This document shows, piece by piece, positions 39,076-49,659 of a stretch of DNA of 64,000 nt (the stretch's first letter is position 1; each line of letters starts with the position of its first letter). The stretch lies in NCBI GenBank assembly GCA_964575845.1, contig CAZNSX010000006.1, forward strand, positions 5,378 through 69,377, written 5' to 3'. Made by a program: the position numbers and the translations under genes. The notes under the pieces are model-generated. The model saw only the letters and a list, made by a program, of their open reading frames with translations, was not told the origin of the DNA and ran no database searches. The stretch comes from an uncultured bacterium (GTDB lineage Bacteria > UBA8248 > CAZNSX01).

Positions 39076-41265
39076 CTACGCCTTGTAGACTCTAACCGGT
39101 ATTCTCCGCATCCGCGGGGTGCCTGCAACATGGTCGTACGGCGGGTCGGAGTCCGCCAGCACGTTGATGTTCTGCTCGAGGGCCTTCTCGTACCAATCCT
39201 CCTTTTCCGGGCACCACCAACAGACGATGGCCGACACGACCTCGGGATGGGTCTTATCCGTGACGTTTGCCTGCACCCTGATCCGACGCTTCTTAGGGTT
39301 CTCGACGTAGACCCAGTCCCCATCCTTGACCTTGCACTTCTTTGCAGCATCGGGGTGGATTTCCAAGGTGTTATTGGGAACCTTCCTCCGCGCCCATTTC
39401 AAGTTATGCCCCTGAGAGTGGTAGTAAATGTACTCACGGCGCCCCGTAAAAATTAAGGGGTATTCGTCGGCGAGTTCTGGGAACTCGAGCTCGCTCTCCC
39501 AGGGCTCTACGTAATAGGGGAGGGGATTGTAGTCGAACTTCTCGCACAGGCTTGAGTAAAGCTCGACCTTCCCGGAGGGGGTCTTGAACCCGTGCTCCTC
39601 ATATTCGCGGTACTTCCACGGGATCCTGATGATCCCTTTCCGACGGAGCTCTTCGAAGGTTATCCCCGTCTCCTTTAAGCGCCACTCGTTAAAATCGTGG
39701 ATGTCGTTCCATTTGGGGAAATTCTCGAGCTTCATCTTCTTAGCCAGTTCGATGATAAATTTTCTATCTTCCCAGGCCTCGCCGGGCGGGTCGATGAGGG
39801 GCTGCCGGATAATCATGATCCCGTGCTCGTGTTCGGCTCCCAGTTCTTCTTTCTCCGCCCATGTACAGGCGGGCAGGACGTAGTCGGCCAACTCGCCCGA
39901 AGGGGTCATGAAATGCTCCATCTGGACGTAGAGATCCAGGGTCTTGAGGGCATTTATCACCTCGTGGGTGTTGGGTGCCGTGACCACGGGATTGAGCCCA
40001 TGGAGGATGAGGGCCCGGAGCGGGTAGGGGTCATCATGGAGGAGCGCCTTATAGATGGAGACCATGTGGGCCTGGTGGACTGAGCCCGTGGGACCCGACC
40101 AGAGGGGGAAGCGCTTGGCTCCGATCTGCCTCTCTTCCACTTCCTGTGGGAGCATTTTCTCACCTTCAAAGGGTCTTTTCTTTGCGGTGGAATAGGCTCC
40201 CCAGCCCGTGAGGTCCGGCGCCCTGACGAGTCCTTTCAGGCGCTTCGGAAGAATGTTCCCCCCGGGCACATCCAGGTTGCCCGTTATGGCGATGAGGCAC
40301 GCGTAAGCCCGGCACGCACCGAAGGAGTTGGTCTGCTGGGTCAGACCGCAACGGTTGTAGATGGTGGAGGGCTTATGAGTGGCGTACAGGTGGGCAAATT
40401 GCCGGATCTTCTTGGCGGGGATCCAAGTGAGCTTTTCCGCCTTTTCGGGAGGATAGGCCTGCACGCACTCGCAGAGCTTGTCGAAACCTACGGTCCACTT
40501 CGAGACGAAATCCTTATCGTACAGCTCCTCATTGATGATCACGTTCAAGGCGGCGAGGGCCAGGGCGCCGTCGCCCCCGGGTCTGATCTGCAGCCAGAGA
40601 TGAGCCCGGCCCGCGGGCTTTGTCTTGCGCGGGTCGATCACCACCAGCTTGACGTCTTTATCTTCCTGCAGTCTCTTCGTCATTCCCACCCAATGCGGGT
40701 TAAAAGAAACGGAAACATCGGTCCCCCACATGACGATGGTCTTTGCGTGCGCGTAATCGCTCGCGTGGGCGAAGTGCGAGACGAATGCGCCGAAGGTCAC
40801 GTAATCCGAGGCGAACCCCGCTCCCTCGCAGGTATCAGTGGTGTTGTAGAGGTTTGGGCTTCCGAGAGCGCGAAGGAAAGGCGCGAGCATGGTGAATCTT
40901 CCGTAGGTGGGAGCGTGGGCGATGGCCAGAGGGCCGTACTTCTCCTTCACGGCGTTAAGCTTCTCAGCGATCTCATCCAGGGCCTGGTCCCAGGATATGC
41001 GCTCCCACCTCCCCTCTCCCCTCTCCCCGACTCGTTTCATCGGGTATTTCAGCCGGTCGGGATGGTGGGCGTATTCGGCGAAATTTCTCCCTTTCGGGCA
41101 GGTGGAGCCATGAGTCACAGGATTTTCCGGGTCTCCCGTGATTTTGACTATTTTCCCGTCCTGGACATGGCCGAGCACCCCGCACTGGATGTAACACGCG
41201 TGGCAGGCCGACCTTATGATCTTGACCGGACGTTTCTTCTTTCCAGTCTTTGTGGCAGTCGCCAT
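39076..41265 (-). CDS. Molybdopterin oxidoreductase, acetylene hydratase-like (paralog 4)
   Basis: CHACYIQC...CPKG, ISWDQALDEIA, DTCEG, GNLDVPGG, TPSGKVELYS; RBS gaggagg. Confidence 0.9.
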   Translation of the reverse strand: MATATKTGKKKRPVKIIRSACHACYIQCGVLGHVQDGKIVKITGDPENPVTHGSTCPKGRNFAEYAHHPDRLKYPMKRVGERGEGRWERISWDQALDEIAEKLNAVKEKYGPLAIAHAPTYGRFTMLAPFLRALGSPNLYNTTDTCEGAGFASDYVTFGAFVSHFAHASDYAHAKTIVMWGTDVSVSFNPHWVGMTKRLQEDKDVKLVVIDPRKTKPAGRAHLWLQIRPGGDGALALAALNVIINEELYDKDFVSKWTVGFDKLCECVQAYPPEKAEKLTWIPAKKIRQFAHLYATHKPSTIYNRCGLTQQTNSFGACRAYACLIAITGNLDVPGGNILPKRLKGLVRAPDLTGWGAYSTAKKRPFEGEKMLPQEVEERQIGAKRFPLWSGPTGSVHQAHMVSIYKALLHDDPYPLRALILHGLNPVVTAPNTHEVINALKTLDLYVQMEHFMTPSGELADYVLPACTWAEKEELGAEHEHGIMIIRQPLIDPPGEAWEDRKFIIELAKKMKLENFPKWNDIHDFNEWRLKETGITFEELRRKGIIRIPWKYREYEEHGFKTPSGKVELYSSLCEKFDYNPLPYYVEPWESELEFPELADEYPLIFTGRREYIYYHSQGHNLKWARRKVPNNTLEIHPDAAKKCKVKDGDWVYVENPKKRRIRVQANVTDKTHPEVVSAIVCWWCPEKEDWYEKALEQNINVLADSDPPYDHVAGTPRMRRIPVRVYKA

Positions 41266-41353
41266 TTGCGAGACCTCCTCCAGAAAAGCAAGTGGGTTCG
41301 ATCCCCCCGGGCCAGATTTTCGCCCCCCAAAGGGGGGATGATTGCGCGACCCG

Positions 41354-41382
41354 ACCCTAATTCATAAGAGATGGCATGTCAA
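41354..41382 (-). promoter_or_regulatory. Putative sigma70 promoter for paralog 4
   Basis: TTGACA-N17-TAGGGT on the minus strand. Confidence 0.45.
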
Positions 41383-41843
41383 CAAAAAAATTATTAAGTA
41401 TTACAAATGTAGTCTTGAACGCCCCTGCCATAGATGGTATAGAGAGAGGGTGAAATGTTGGGCGAGGCAATGGCTTATTTTTTCAACGGTTAGCACGACC
41501 CAGGCGAACGGCAGCTCCTCATGCCAAAGGGATAACCCGATGAAAGCCCGACAAATATTGTGCGGGTGCACGATGAGGGGGTCGGCGCCTTTTCGACGGG
41601 CTGCGGGCTCCGCTTCAGAGAGGGCATTGGGTGTGCATTGATGAGACAGCCCTTTAAAGAGAGGTTCGGCTGCTTTATCAGAGAAAGGTGCCATCACACG
41701 CGGAGAGAGGGAAACCACTACCACCGAGCAAGCCTGCTGGGTGCTCATGTTCACCTTGGCAAAAGCGGTCCGGGATTGAGAATATAAACCAGCCGCCTGA
41801 GAAAGTTTAGTTTATCTTGTTTTTAATCCAGAGGGATTTGGAA

Positions 41844-42386
41844 ATGGAAGTAGGGAAGAAAATAAAGGGTTTGAGGGAGCTCCACAACCTCTCCCAGGAG
41901 GAGCTTGCCAAAAGGGCTGGCCTCAGCAAATCAGCGGTCTCACTCATAGAACTCGATAATCGTAACCCAAAGATCAACACCCTCAAGAGGATCCTCGATG
42001 TCTTCAACATATCCTTGGCCCAATTCTTCAGCGAGACAAGAGCAAATGAGAAGGTCATCTTCAGGGAGCAGGATCGAACCCTTCTTTTAGGAGACGACCG
42101 TACCTTCAAGATAGAACTCCTCGCACCATACGGCGGCGGAAGGCTCATCGAGCTCACTATGAACACGATTCAACCCCATAGGTCCTTTGACAGCGCCTAT
42201 CGGCACGAAGGCCAAGAGGCCGGATACGTGATAGACGGAGAAGTGGTGCTCACTCTCAGCAATAAGGACCATCACCTCAAGGCCGGTGAGTGTTTCTATT
42301 TCGCATCGAAAGAGCCCCATACCATAAGGAACGATGGCAAGAAAGTAGCAAGGGTTCTGTGGATGATAGTGCCTCCCACGTTCTGA
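41844..42386 (+). CDS. XRE-family HTH + cupin transcriptional regulator
   Basis: LSQEELAKRAGLSKSAVSLIE HTH; HEGQEAGYV...PHTIRN cupin. Confidence 0.9.
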   Translation: MEVGKKIKGLRELHNLSQEELAKRAGLSKSAVSLIELDNRNPKINTLKRILDVFNISLAQFFSETRANEKVIFREQDRTLLLGDDRTFKIELLAPYGGGRLIELTMNTIQPHRSFDSAYRHEGQEAGYVIDGEVVLTLSNKDHHLKAGECFYFASKEPHTIRNDGKKVARVLWMIVPPTF

Positions 42387-42393
42387 CCGCAGG

Positions 42394-44766
42394 GTGAGCC
42401 CTGCGGCTCTTGAGCTAAAACTTCTCAATCCAAAGACAAGGAAAATGAAACCGAAGGGGATGCGGGTGCAATCTTCAGCGGAGAGCCCGTCCGAAAGGTC
42501 GTCCATCGGAGTGGAGACGGCTGAAAAGGCCACGGGCCTCCTCCGGTATCTGGCTGACATAGAATTCCCTGAGATGCTCTGCGCTCAGGTGTTCTATAGT
42601 AGCCGACCCCATGCCCTGATAAGAAATATCCATACCGGAGAGGCCTCGAGAGCGCCCGGTGTGAGGGCCGTGCTGCTTGCTAAGGATGTGCCGGGCCGCA
42701 ATCGCCTCGGAGACGCTCCCAACGACCCCCCCCTCCTGGCCGAAGGAAGAGTGAGATATGCCGGTGAGGCCATCGCCCTGCTGGCCGCAGAGGAGGAGGG
42801 ATTGGCTGATGAAGCCCTGAATTCCATCATGGTTGAGTATGAAGACCTCCCGCCTATTTTCTGTCCCGTGGAAGCCATGGAGCCCGATAGCCCCTCCCTC
42901 CACGAGGGCGGAAACCTCCTCTGCCATCTAAGAATAAATGTGGGAGAGGCTGAGGAGGCTCTGGAGGAATGCGATGCGGTCGTGGAGCATACCTTTCGCA
43001 TTCCTCCTCTGGAGCACCTCTCTATAGAAGCCGAGGGCGCGGTTGCGGTCCCTGGCTCGGACGGGATGACAATATGGGCACCCACTCAGGCTCCCTTTCA
43101 TGTGCAGAGGGCTGTGGCGGCCAGCCTTGCCATCCCGCACGAAGATGTCCGGGTAATTCAGACCCCATGCGGAGGCGGCTTCGGCGGTAAGGCCGAAGGT
43201 TCCATCGCTGTCGCCGCAAGGGCGGCACTGCTTGCTCATCACCTCGAAAAACCCGTCGGGCTTTTCGCCTCGCGGGAGGAATCCATCATAAGCTCAACCA
43301 AGAGGCATGCCTGCATAATTCACTATTCACTCGGGGCCCAGCGCAACGGGAGGCTTCTCGCCGCCCGAGCCCGCATCTTTCTCGAAAAAGGGGCCTACTC
43401 CCACTGGGGCGGCCCCATTCCATCCGCGGCAAGGAGGGCGGCTTACCACATTCCAGGTCCCTACGTGGTTCCCAACGTGAAGGTTGACCTCTATTGCGTC
43501 CATACGAACCGCCAGCCAGGAGGCATAATGAGGGGGCCGGGGGGCTTTCAGGTCACTTTTGCCACAGAATCCTCCATGGATGCCATGGCCCGAAAGCTGG
43601 GAATGGATCCCATGGAATTCCGCATGCTCAACAGCCTTTACCAAGGGGCCGCCGCATCAACGGGACCGAAGCTTGATCACAGCGTGGGGATAAAAGAGAC
43701 CATAAGAGCGGCCAGCAGAGCCGCACGCTGGGGGAGGAGAGGACGACGCAGTTCCTCATCCCCTTCCAAAAGGAGGGGCATGGGGATCGGCTGCTGCTGG
43801 TTCGGAATCGGGAACCCAGACCCTGCCGGGGCGAGAGTGCAACTCGGAAAGGGCGGGAAGTTCCGGGTTGCCGGGGGCCTGGTGGACATGGGTCAGGGTT
43901 CAAAGGCCGCAATGGCTCAGGTCGCAGCCCATGCGCTGGGTGTCTCCCCTGGGAAGGTGTACGTTCAAGAGGTGGACACCAGGGTCGACCCATATAGCGC
44001 GGCCACGACCTCCTCCAAGGGCACCACCTTTGTGGGAAACGCGGTCCTGGCGGCGGCCGCGGATGCCAGGAGGAACATCCTGAGGCTCGCCTCAGAGATT
44101 CTCGAAGCTGATGAAAATGACCTCACGATGGGGGATGAGAGGATATGGGTCAGAAGCTTCCCGAAAAAAAACCTCTCCCTCGAGGAAGCCGCGCTGGCTC
44201 TGGCGGAAATCAGGGACGGGAACCTTGGCGAGGGGCGATGGGCTCCGCCGCCCCCGGAAATCGATAAGGAGACGGGAAGGGCAAAGTTCTGGCACGTATT
44301 CTCCTATGGAACCCAAATCGCCGAGGTGGAGGTGGACGTTGAGGTGGGAGAAGTGAGGTTGCTCAACCTTACGGCAGCCCATGATGTGGGCAGAGCCATC
44401 AACCCGCTCAGCGTGGAAGGACAAATCCACGGGGGAGTGGCAATGGGCGTTGGAGCCGCCCTGATGGAAGAGGTTTATTATGAAAATGGAACCATCGCCT
44501 TCCCCTCCATGGCGGGCTATCTCATACCCACATCCCTCGACCTGCCGGAGATCTTTCCACTCATAGTGGAAGTTCCGAATAAGCTGGGACCCCTGGGCGC
44601 CAAGGGAGCGGGGGAGCCGCCGATTTTGCCGACAGCGGCCGCCATAGCCAATGCCATCTGTGATGCCACCGGCATCCGAATCACTGAGCTCCCATTGACA
44701 GCGGAAAGGCTCAGGTTGGCTTTGAAGAAAAGGGGCGCGGAAGGCGTGGACCAGAAAAGCCGGTAA
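42394..44766 (+). CDS. Xanthine dehydrogenase family molybdopterin-binding (large) subunit
   Basis: GGGFGGK, KRH, MRGPG, DMGQG, DVGRAINP, GQIHGG, GAKGAGE; start uncertain. Confidence 0.9.
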   Translation: MSPAALELKLLNPKTRKMKPKGMRVQSSAESPSERSSIGVETAEKATGLLRYLADIEFPEMLCAQVFYSSRPHALIRNIHTGEASRAPGVRAVLLAKDVPGRNRLGDAPNDPPLLAEGRVRYAGEAIALLAAEEEGLADEALNSIMVEYEDLPPIFCPVEAMEPDSPSLHEGGNLLCHLRINVGEAEEALEECDAVVEHTFRIPPLEHLSIEAEGAVAVPGSDGMTIWAPTQAPFHVQRAVAASLAIPHEDVRVIQTPCGGGFGGKAEGSIAVAARAALLAHHLEKPVGLFASREESIISSTKRHACIIHYSLGAQRNGRLLAARARIFLEKGAYSHWGGPIPSAARRAAYHIPGPYVVPNVKVDLYCVHTNRQPGGIMRGPGGFQVTFATESSMDAMARKLGMDPMEFRMLNSLYQGAAASTGPKLDHSVGIKETIRAASRAARWGRRGRRSSSSPSKRRGMGIGCCWFGIGNPDPAGARVQLGKGGKFRVAGGLVDMGQGSKAAMAQVAAHALGVSPGKVYVQEVDTRVDPYSAATTSSKGTTFVGNAVLAAAADARRNILRLASEILEADENDLTMGDERIWVRSFPKKNLSLEEAALALAEIRDGNLGEGRWAPPPPEIDKETGRAKFWHVFSYGTQIAEVEVDVEVGEVRLLNLTAAHDVGRAINPLSVEGQIHGGVAMGVGAALMEEVYYENGTIAFPSMAGYLIPTSLDLPEIFPLIVEVPNKLGPLGAKGAGEPPILPTAAAIANAICDATGIRITELPLTAERLRLALKKRGAEGVDQKSR

Positions 44767-44820
44767 ACAGAGCTGAGAAGCGCTATTGAGAAGACGGGCC
44801 GGACCACCAACGGATGGGAG

Positions 44821-45711
44821 GTGATGATGTTGCGTGCCGGGATCATTGAAGACACGGTGTTTGAGCTCTTGAAAAAGATGGCCACCCGGGTTCCCCCGGA
44901 CGTTTATGGAGGACTTGCCAAAGCCTATGCAAAGGAGCGGCAGGAATTTGCGAAGAGCCACCTCGCGCTCATCATGAAGAATATCAGGCTGGCCCAAAGA
45001 AAGGGTTGGCCCCTCTGCCAGGACACGGGTGTCCTGCACTTTCATGTGAAGATAGGCCCAAAGGCCAGGCTTCCCGAGAATTTCGAGCAGAAGGTTCTGC
45101 GCGGTGTCGCCAAAGCCACAAGAGAGATCCCGCTCCGGGAGAATGTGGCTCATCCGCTCTCCCGAAAGAACACCGGAAGCAACCTTGGCACAAGGATACC
45201 TTACTTCAGTTACGGACTGGTGCCGCGAGGAGACGCCGTCCAGCTCTCGGTGGTGCCAAAGGCCGGAGGGTGTGAGAACTGGAGCACACTCCGGATGTTT
45301 CATCCGTCGAAGGACTGGGACGACATCCGGGCCTTCATCCTCGAATGGGTGGCCACCTCAGGGGGACGATCTTGTACCCCCAATGTCTTGGGGGTGGGGA
45401 TAGGTGGAACGGGCGCCATCGCCATGGAGTTGGCGGATAGTGCCTCAGTGCGGCCCCTTCATCTTCGAAACCCGGACAGGTTCTGGGCGAAGCTCGAGGC
45501 CGGGCTTTTGAAAGAGGTCAACTCTCTGGGTATCGGGCCCATGGGGGTGGGAGGCGATACAACCCTTTTGGGCGTGAATATAGAGGCCGCTGATACCCAC
45601 ACCTCCATGTTGCCGGTGGGAGTGGTTCTTCAGTGCTGGGCCCTTCGTCGCGAGACGGCGACCATCCGTCCCGATGGCAGGGTGAGGTTCTTCAACAAAG
45701 GAGGGGTATGA
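44821..45711 (+). CDS. Fe-S hydro-lyase alpha subunit (fumarate hydratase/L-tartrate dehydratase type)
   Basis: PLCQDTG, KAGGCEN, GVGIGG, GIGPMGVGG, QCWA. Confidence 0.88.
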   Translation: MMMLRAGIIEDTVFELLKKMATRVPPDVYGGLAKAYAKERQEFAKSHLALIMKNIRLAQRKGWPLCQDTGVLHFHVKIGPKARLPENFEQKVLRGVAKATREIPLRENVAHPLSRKNTGSNLGTRIPYFSYGLVPRGDAVQLSVVPKAGGCENWSTLRMFHPSKDWDDIRAFILEWVATSGGRSCTPNVLGVGIGGTGAIAMELADSASVRPLHLRNPDRFWAKLEAGLLKEVNSLGIGPMGVGGDTTLLGVNIEAADTHTSMLPVGVVLQCWALRRETATIRPDGRVRFFNKGGV

Positions 45712-46304
45712 TGGGCCGCGAAATAAATCTGAGCACCCCGATAGCGGCTGAGGAGGTGAGAAAGCTCAGAATAGGTGATGAGGTGTACCTTTCGGGAACC
45801 ATGTTCACCGCGAGAGATATCGGTTTAAAAAAAATGGCGGCCTTCCTCAAAGGGAAGAAGAGATGGCCCTTCAGCCTGAAAGACAGCGCTCTCATGTATG
45901 CGGGCCCACTGATAGTCCGGGATGAGGAGGGCTTTCGCCTCATCGCCAACAGCCCTGGCACCAGCGCGAGGATGCCCTCGCCCGCCGCCATCATCAAGAA
46001 CTCAGGCATCAGGCTGATAGTAGGAAAGGGCGGTATGGCCGAGGAGGCTGTCCCCGCCCTGAAGAGTGCTGGGTGCGTTTATCTGTCTTTCCCCGGAGGA
46101 TGTGGAGCGATGACAGTGGCCCAGACAGAGGCGATAGAAGCGGGTTATTGGCCCGACCTCGGCCTTCCCGACCGGGTGTGGAAGATGCGCGTCAGAAACC
46201 TGGGCCCCCTTCTCGTAACCATCGATGCGCGAGGGAATGACCATTATGCGAAGGTGAAAAGGGAGGTGCGGCGCAATATCACGGGGTTGGGGTTGAAAAG
46301 GTAG
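45708..46304 (+). CDS. Fe-S hydro-lyase beta subunit
   Basis: LRIGDEVYLSG, TARD, YAGP, TSARM, GKGG, IDARG; ATGA overlap with alpha. Confidence 0.88.
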   Translation: MMGREINLSTPIAAEEVRKLRIGDEVYLSGTMFTARDIGLKKMAAFLKGKKRWPFSLKDSALMYAGPLIVRDEEGFRLIANSPGTSARMPSPAAIIKNSGIRLIVGKGGMAEEAVPALKSAGCVYLSFPGGCGAMTVAQTEAIEAGYWPDLGLPDRVWKMRVRNLGPLLVTIDARGNDHYAKVKREVRRNITGLGLKR

Positions 46305-46373
46305 AGGAAAACCGCTCCCCGAGAAACGGCCTGGTTTGTTTCGACACGCACCTTTTTCAAGGAGGATGAGAAT

Positions 46374-46751
46374 ATGGAAGGCGGCAAAGTTGAGGGAAAC
46401 CGCGTGGAGGTCTTTAAGGCCGAGGACACGCCAAAAGAGGAGGTCTACAAGGGAATGTATCGCCGTCGCCTGGCCCTCGGGAAGAACCTCATGATGAACA
46501 TCTACGAGCAGGAGCCCGGCGCGGTCACCCCCGAGCACAGCCATTCCCAGGAACTCATGGCCATCCTACTCGAAGGCAAGGTGGAAGCGGTCTTCAACGG
46601 AGCCAAACATCTTCTCGGCCCCGGGTCGGGCTACCACATACCCTCGAACGTGACCCACGGCCCCTTCACGGTGGTGGGCAATGAGAAGGCCGTTTACATC
46701 GATGTGCTCTCACCGCCCAGGGCCATCGAGGAGTACGCTGAAAAAAAATAG
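46374..46751 (+). CDS. Cupin domain protein
   Basis: PEHSHSQE...IPSNVTHG, DVLSPPR; RBS aggagg. Confidence 0.88.
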   Translation: MEGGKVEGNRVEVFKAEDTPKEEVYKGMYRRRLALGKNLMMNIYEQEPGAVTPEHSHSQELMAILLEGKVEAVFNGAKHLLGPGSGYHIPSNVTHGPFTVVGNEKAVYIDVLSPPRAIEEYAEKK

Positions 46752-46758
46752 AGCCTTC

Positions 46759-47781
46759 TCAGGTGATGGGCCTTATGGCGATCACTTCTCCGCCGAATAT
46801 CAACCACAGCAGGTAGGGGACGGTGGAGATTGTCGTGAAGGCGATAAATCCTATGACCGAGATAGAGGCCGCCCGTCGCTGGAACTTCGCGACCACCTGC
46901 GCCAGGGAGGGAAGGCCTTTCAGGGGTTCTGTGAACCCCACAGCCAGGCCGAAGAAGGAGCCCCCGAAGAGCGACGCATACATCGGATATCCTATGTAGT
47001 AATATTCGGGCTTCAGCATGTCAAAGGGGCAGTGGTGAGAGGGCATGGCGTATATATAGCTGCTGATGAAAGATATTATGGCGAGGATGGAATAAGGGAA
47101 AGAAAAGACCGAGATGGCGGAAAAAGGATAAGAAAGCCAGCCGACTCCCCGGCGAAAGAGGAGGCCGATCGTGATGGCCGAGCCCATCACCAGATAAAAC
47201 CCGCCCATGGCAATTTCCTCTGAGATTCCCGTCATGCTTGATGCGATGGGAGGGCCTATATCATAGACTATTCCGCAGCACGAGACTATCAGTGTGGGGT
47301 TGAGATTGATGAAATAAAGGGACTGGAGGACACCGTCGGACACCAGGACGGGGATCAGCACCAGAAGGAATTTGAACTTGAACTTAGCGAGGGGGTAATC
47401 CTCAACCCGGGTGTCGAGGTAATTGATGGTGATCCAGGCCGCGTAGACGAAGAAGGCGGCGACCTTCACGTATAGGGTCCAGAACCCGTAAGGGTTGGCG
47501 TTCAGGGAGCCGGTGGCGCACATGGCGCCGGTGAGGATGTCTGATAGTTTGTCGGCGGTAACCACGAAGAGAACAAGAGATAATATTTGAAAGCCCAAGA
47601 CGTATTGCATTATGGTGGAAACCAGGTAGCTCCTCTGCTCAAGTAGCAATTGTTCCTCGGAAGCCGACGAAGGGTCCCACCTCCGCACTATCCCCTGGGC
47701 GACGAAGATAGCGTATCCCGAGAGGCTCAATATGGCCAGCGTGCCGATGAGCTGGGCTATGATCCAAGAATTTAGGATCAA
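46759..47781 (-). CDS. Uncharacterised polytopic membrane protein with Cys/His motifs
   Basis: Multiple TM segments; GAMCATG, SCCG, HHCPF; translationally coupled to the ABC ATPase. Confidence 0.75.
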   Translation of the reverse strand: MILNSWIIAQLIGTLAILSLSGYAIFVAQGIVRRWDPSSASEEQLLLEQRSYLVSTIMQYVLGFQILSLVLFVVTADKLSDILTGAMCATGSLNANPYGFWTLYVKVAAFFVYAAWITINYLDTRVEDYPLAKFKFKFLLVLIPVLVSDGVLQSLYFINLNPTLIVSCCGIVYDIGPPIASSMTGISEEIAMGGFYLVMGSAITIGLLFRRGVGWLSYPFSAISVFSFPYSILAIISFISSYIYAMPSHHCPFDMLKPEYYYIGYPMYASLFGGSFFGLAVGFTEPLKGLPSLAQVVAKFQRRAASISVIGFIAFTTISTVPYLLWLIFGGEVIAIRPIT

Positions 47782-48467
47782 CTCTCCACACCCACTATCC
47801 GGCCGTCCCTCATGTCGTACACCCTGTCCACTGAGCCAGCCTCAAAGATCAACGGGTCGTGGCTTGCGATGATGACCGTTCTGCCCTCACTCTTGAGGGA
47901 GGCCAGGATCGCCAAGAATTCTGAGGATAGGTGAGTGTCGAGATGGGCGGTCGGCTCGTCGGCCAGGATAATAGAGGGGTTGTTTATGAGGGCTCTGGCG
48001 ATGGCCACCCGTTGCTGCTCCCCCCCGGAGAGCTGGCGGACGTAGAAATCCTTCCTCCTCGTCAGGTTGAGCTTTTCCAGGAGCTCCAGGGTCCGGACCT
48101 CCCGCTCCCCGGGAGGGACGCCGAGGGGCAGGAGAGGAACGCCTATGTTATCCATGACGCGCACGTGGGGCATGAGGTGAAACTGCTGAAAGATGAACCC
48201 TATATGGGCCCGGCGGTGGAGGGTCAAGAACCTTTCGGGGAGCTTCGAGACCGTCTTCCCCTTCACGATGACCTCGCCGCTGGTGGGGCGCGCCATGCAT
48301 CCCACGAGGGTCAGGAGGGTGGTCTTGCCCGACCCGCTCGGCCCCTTGATGACCACCAGTTCCCCCTCCTCGACCTCGAAGTTCACTCCGTCGATAGCAC
48401 AAACTTCATTGGGCAGACCCCTGTTGTAGATCTTTCGGACCGCGGCGGTTTTCACTACGGAAGCCAT
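47778..48467 (-). CDS. ABC transporter ATPase (LolD/MacB-like)
   Basis: [34 protein letters not shown]. Confidence 0.92.
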   Translation of the reverse strand: MASVVKTAAVRKIYNRGLPNEVCAIDGVNFEVEEGELVVIKGPSGSGKTTLLTLVGCMARPTSGEVIVKGKTVSKLPERFLTLHRRAHIGFIFQQFHLMPHVRVMDNIGVPLLPLGVPPGEREVRTLELLEKLNLTRRKDFYVRQLSGGEQQRVAIARALINNPSIILADEPTAHLDTHLSSEFLAILASLKSEGRTVIIASHDPLIFEAGSVDRVYDMRDGRIVGVES

Positions 48468-48471
48468 CTCG

Positions 48472-49659
48472 CTATCCCCTCATGACCACTTCCGGGTCGA
48501 TGATGGCGGCACTCCAAGAGGGGATGATGGTGCAGGCCATGTAAGGGATCACCGAGACGAAGAAGATGAGGAAGAGTTGCTCCGGATCGATGTAGGGAGT
48601 AATGCGGTATGGAGGATAAAGGATGGACCAGCCGGTGAGCGCGGGCCTGAGAAGCTCCGCCCCGAAAAAGAAGACATGAACGTAAGCCAGGATAACTCCC
48701 AGGAGGAATGCCAGCAGGGAGATCACCAGACCCTCCCAGAACTTGAGCTCGATCACGTCTGAAGTTTCCCATCCCAGAGCCTTGAGAAGCCCTATTTCCC
48801 TCCTCTCCTCAGCCGAGAGGCCGGTGGCTTTATCCCAAGCCAGAATGGCAAAGGCCATGAGGCTTCCGAGAAATACTACCATTACGAGGCCGCTCCGCCA
48901 GTTGAAGACCGCGTCATAGGTCCTCGCCACTTGGCTCTTGGGGACGACCCTGGTGTCGGAAAAGAGCTCGCTGATCTTCTTGGCGATCGTGTCCGCTTCT
49001 GAGTCATTGTAGACATAGACGCAAAGGTCCGTGGCTAAGCGCTTGGGCAGCATGAAGAGGTCTCTGGCCTCGTCGATGTTCATGACGATTAGGTCATAGG
49101 ACTGAAGGTCGGTCAGGGAAGTGAAAGAACCCACTATCTTGAGGGTCTTGAGGGTCGCGTCTGGACGAAAAAGAGAAAATTTATCCCCCACCTTAAGGTT
49201 CCTTGCGCGCAGGATTCCCCCGCCGACCAGGACTTCACCGTTGAGGTCGCTGTCTATGCTCCTGCCTTGGTCTATTGTCAGGTCCAACCTTTCAGCCATT
49301 GGCATCTCGCTGAGGGAGATGCCGAGGATGGTGTAGTTACTTGCGGTAGGGGTGTCGAAATAGTAACCCCACACCCTGGAGACCACTCGCTTGATCCCCC
49401 TGACCTTTCTTATCTTTTCCCCGTATGCCAGCGGGACATTGGTTTGCCTCCCTGCGATGAGGCCCTGCACGGTGACATCCGGCACGCCCACGAGACTCTT
49501 CTTCGCCTCCATCACCAGGGCATGCGTCATGAGGAGCACGGAGCCGAAAAGGGAGATGACGATGACGAAGGTGACCAGGACCAGGGAATTCTTGAGCCAT
49601 CTCCGCAGGAGGGAGGCGATGGCAAAATCCAGGATGTTTCGGCGTCTCTCTATGTTCAC
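48472..49659 (-). CDS. FtsX/LolE-like ABC permease
   Basis: N-terminal TM, large periplasmic domain, ERREIGLLKALGW, C-terminal TMs. Confidence 0.88.
   Translation of the reverse strand: MNIERRRNILDFAIASLLRRWLKNSLVLVTFVIVISLFGSVLLMTHALVMEAKKSLVGVPDVTVQGLIAGRQTNVPLAYGEKIRKVRGIKRVVSRVWGYYFDTPTASNYTILGISLSEMPMAERLDLTIDQGRSIDSDLNGEVLVGGGILRARNLKVGDKFSLFRPDATLKTLKIVGSFTSLTDLQSYDLIVMNIDEARDLFMLPKRLATDLCVYVYNDSEADTIAKKISELFSDTRVVPKSQVARTYDAVFNWRSGLVMVVFLGSLMAFAILAWDKATGLSAEERREIGLLKALGWETSDVIELKFWEGLVISLLAFLLGVILAYVHVFFFGAELLRPALTGWSILYPPYRITPYIDPEQLFLIFFVSVIPYMACTIIPSWSAAIIDPEVVMRG

Noticed and set aside
41342-41787. Short overlapping ORFs between paralog 4 and the regulator
   Set aside because: No RBS or domain signal; likely a divergent promoter region
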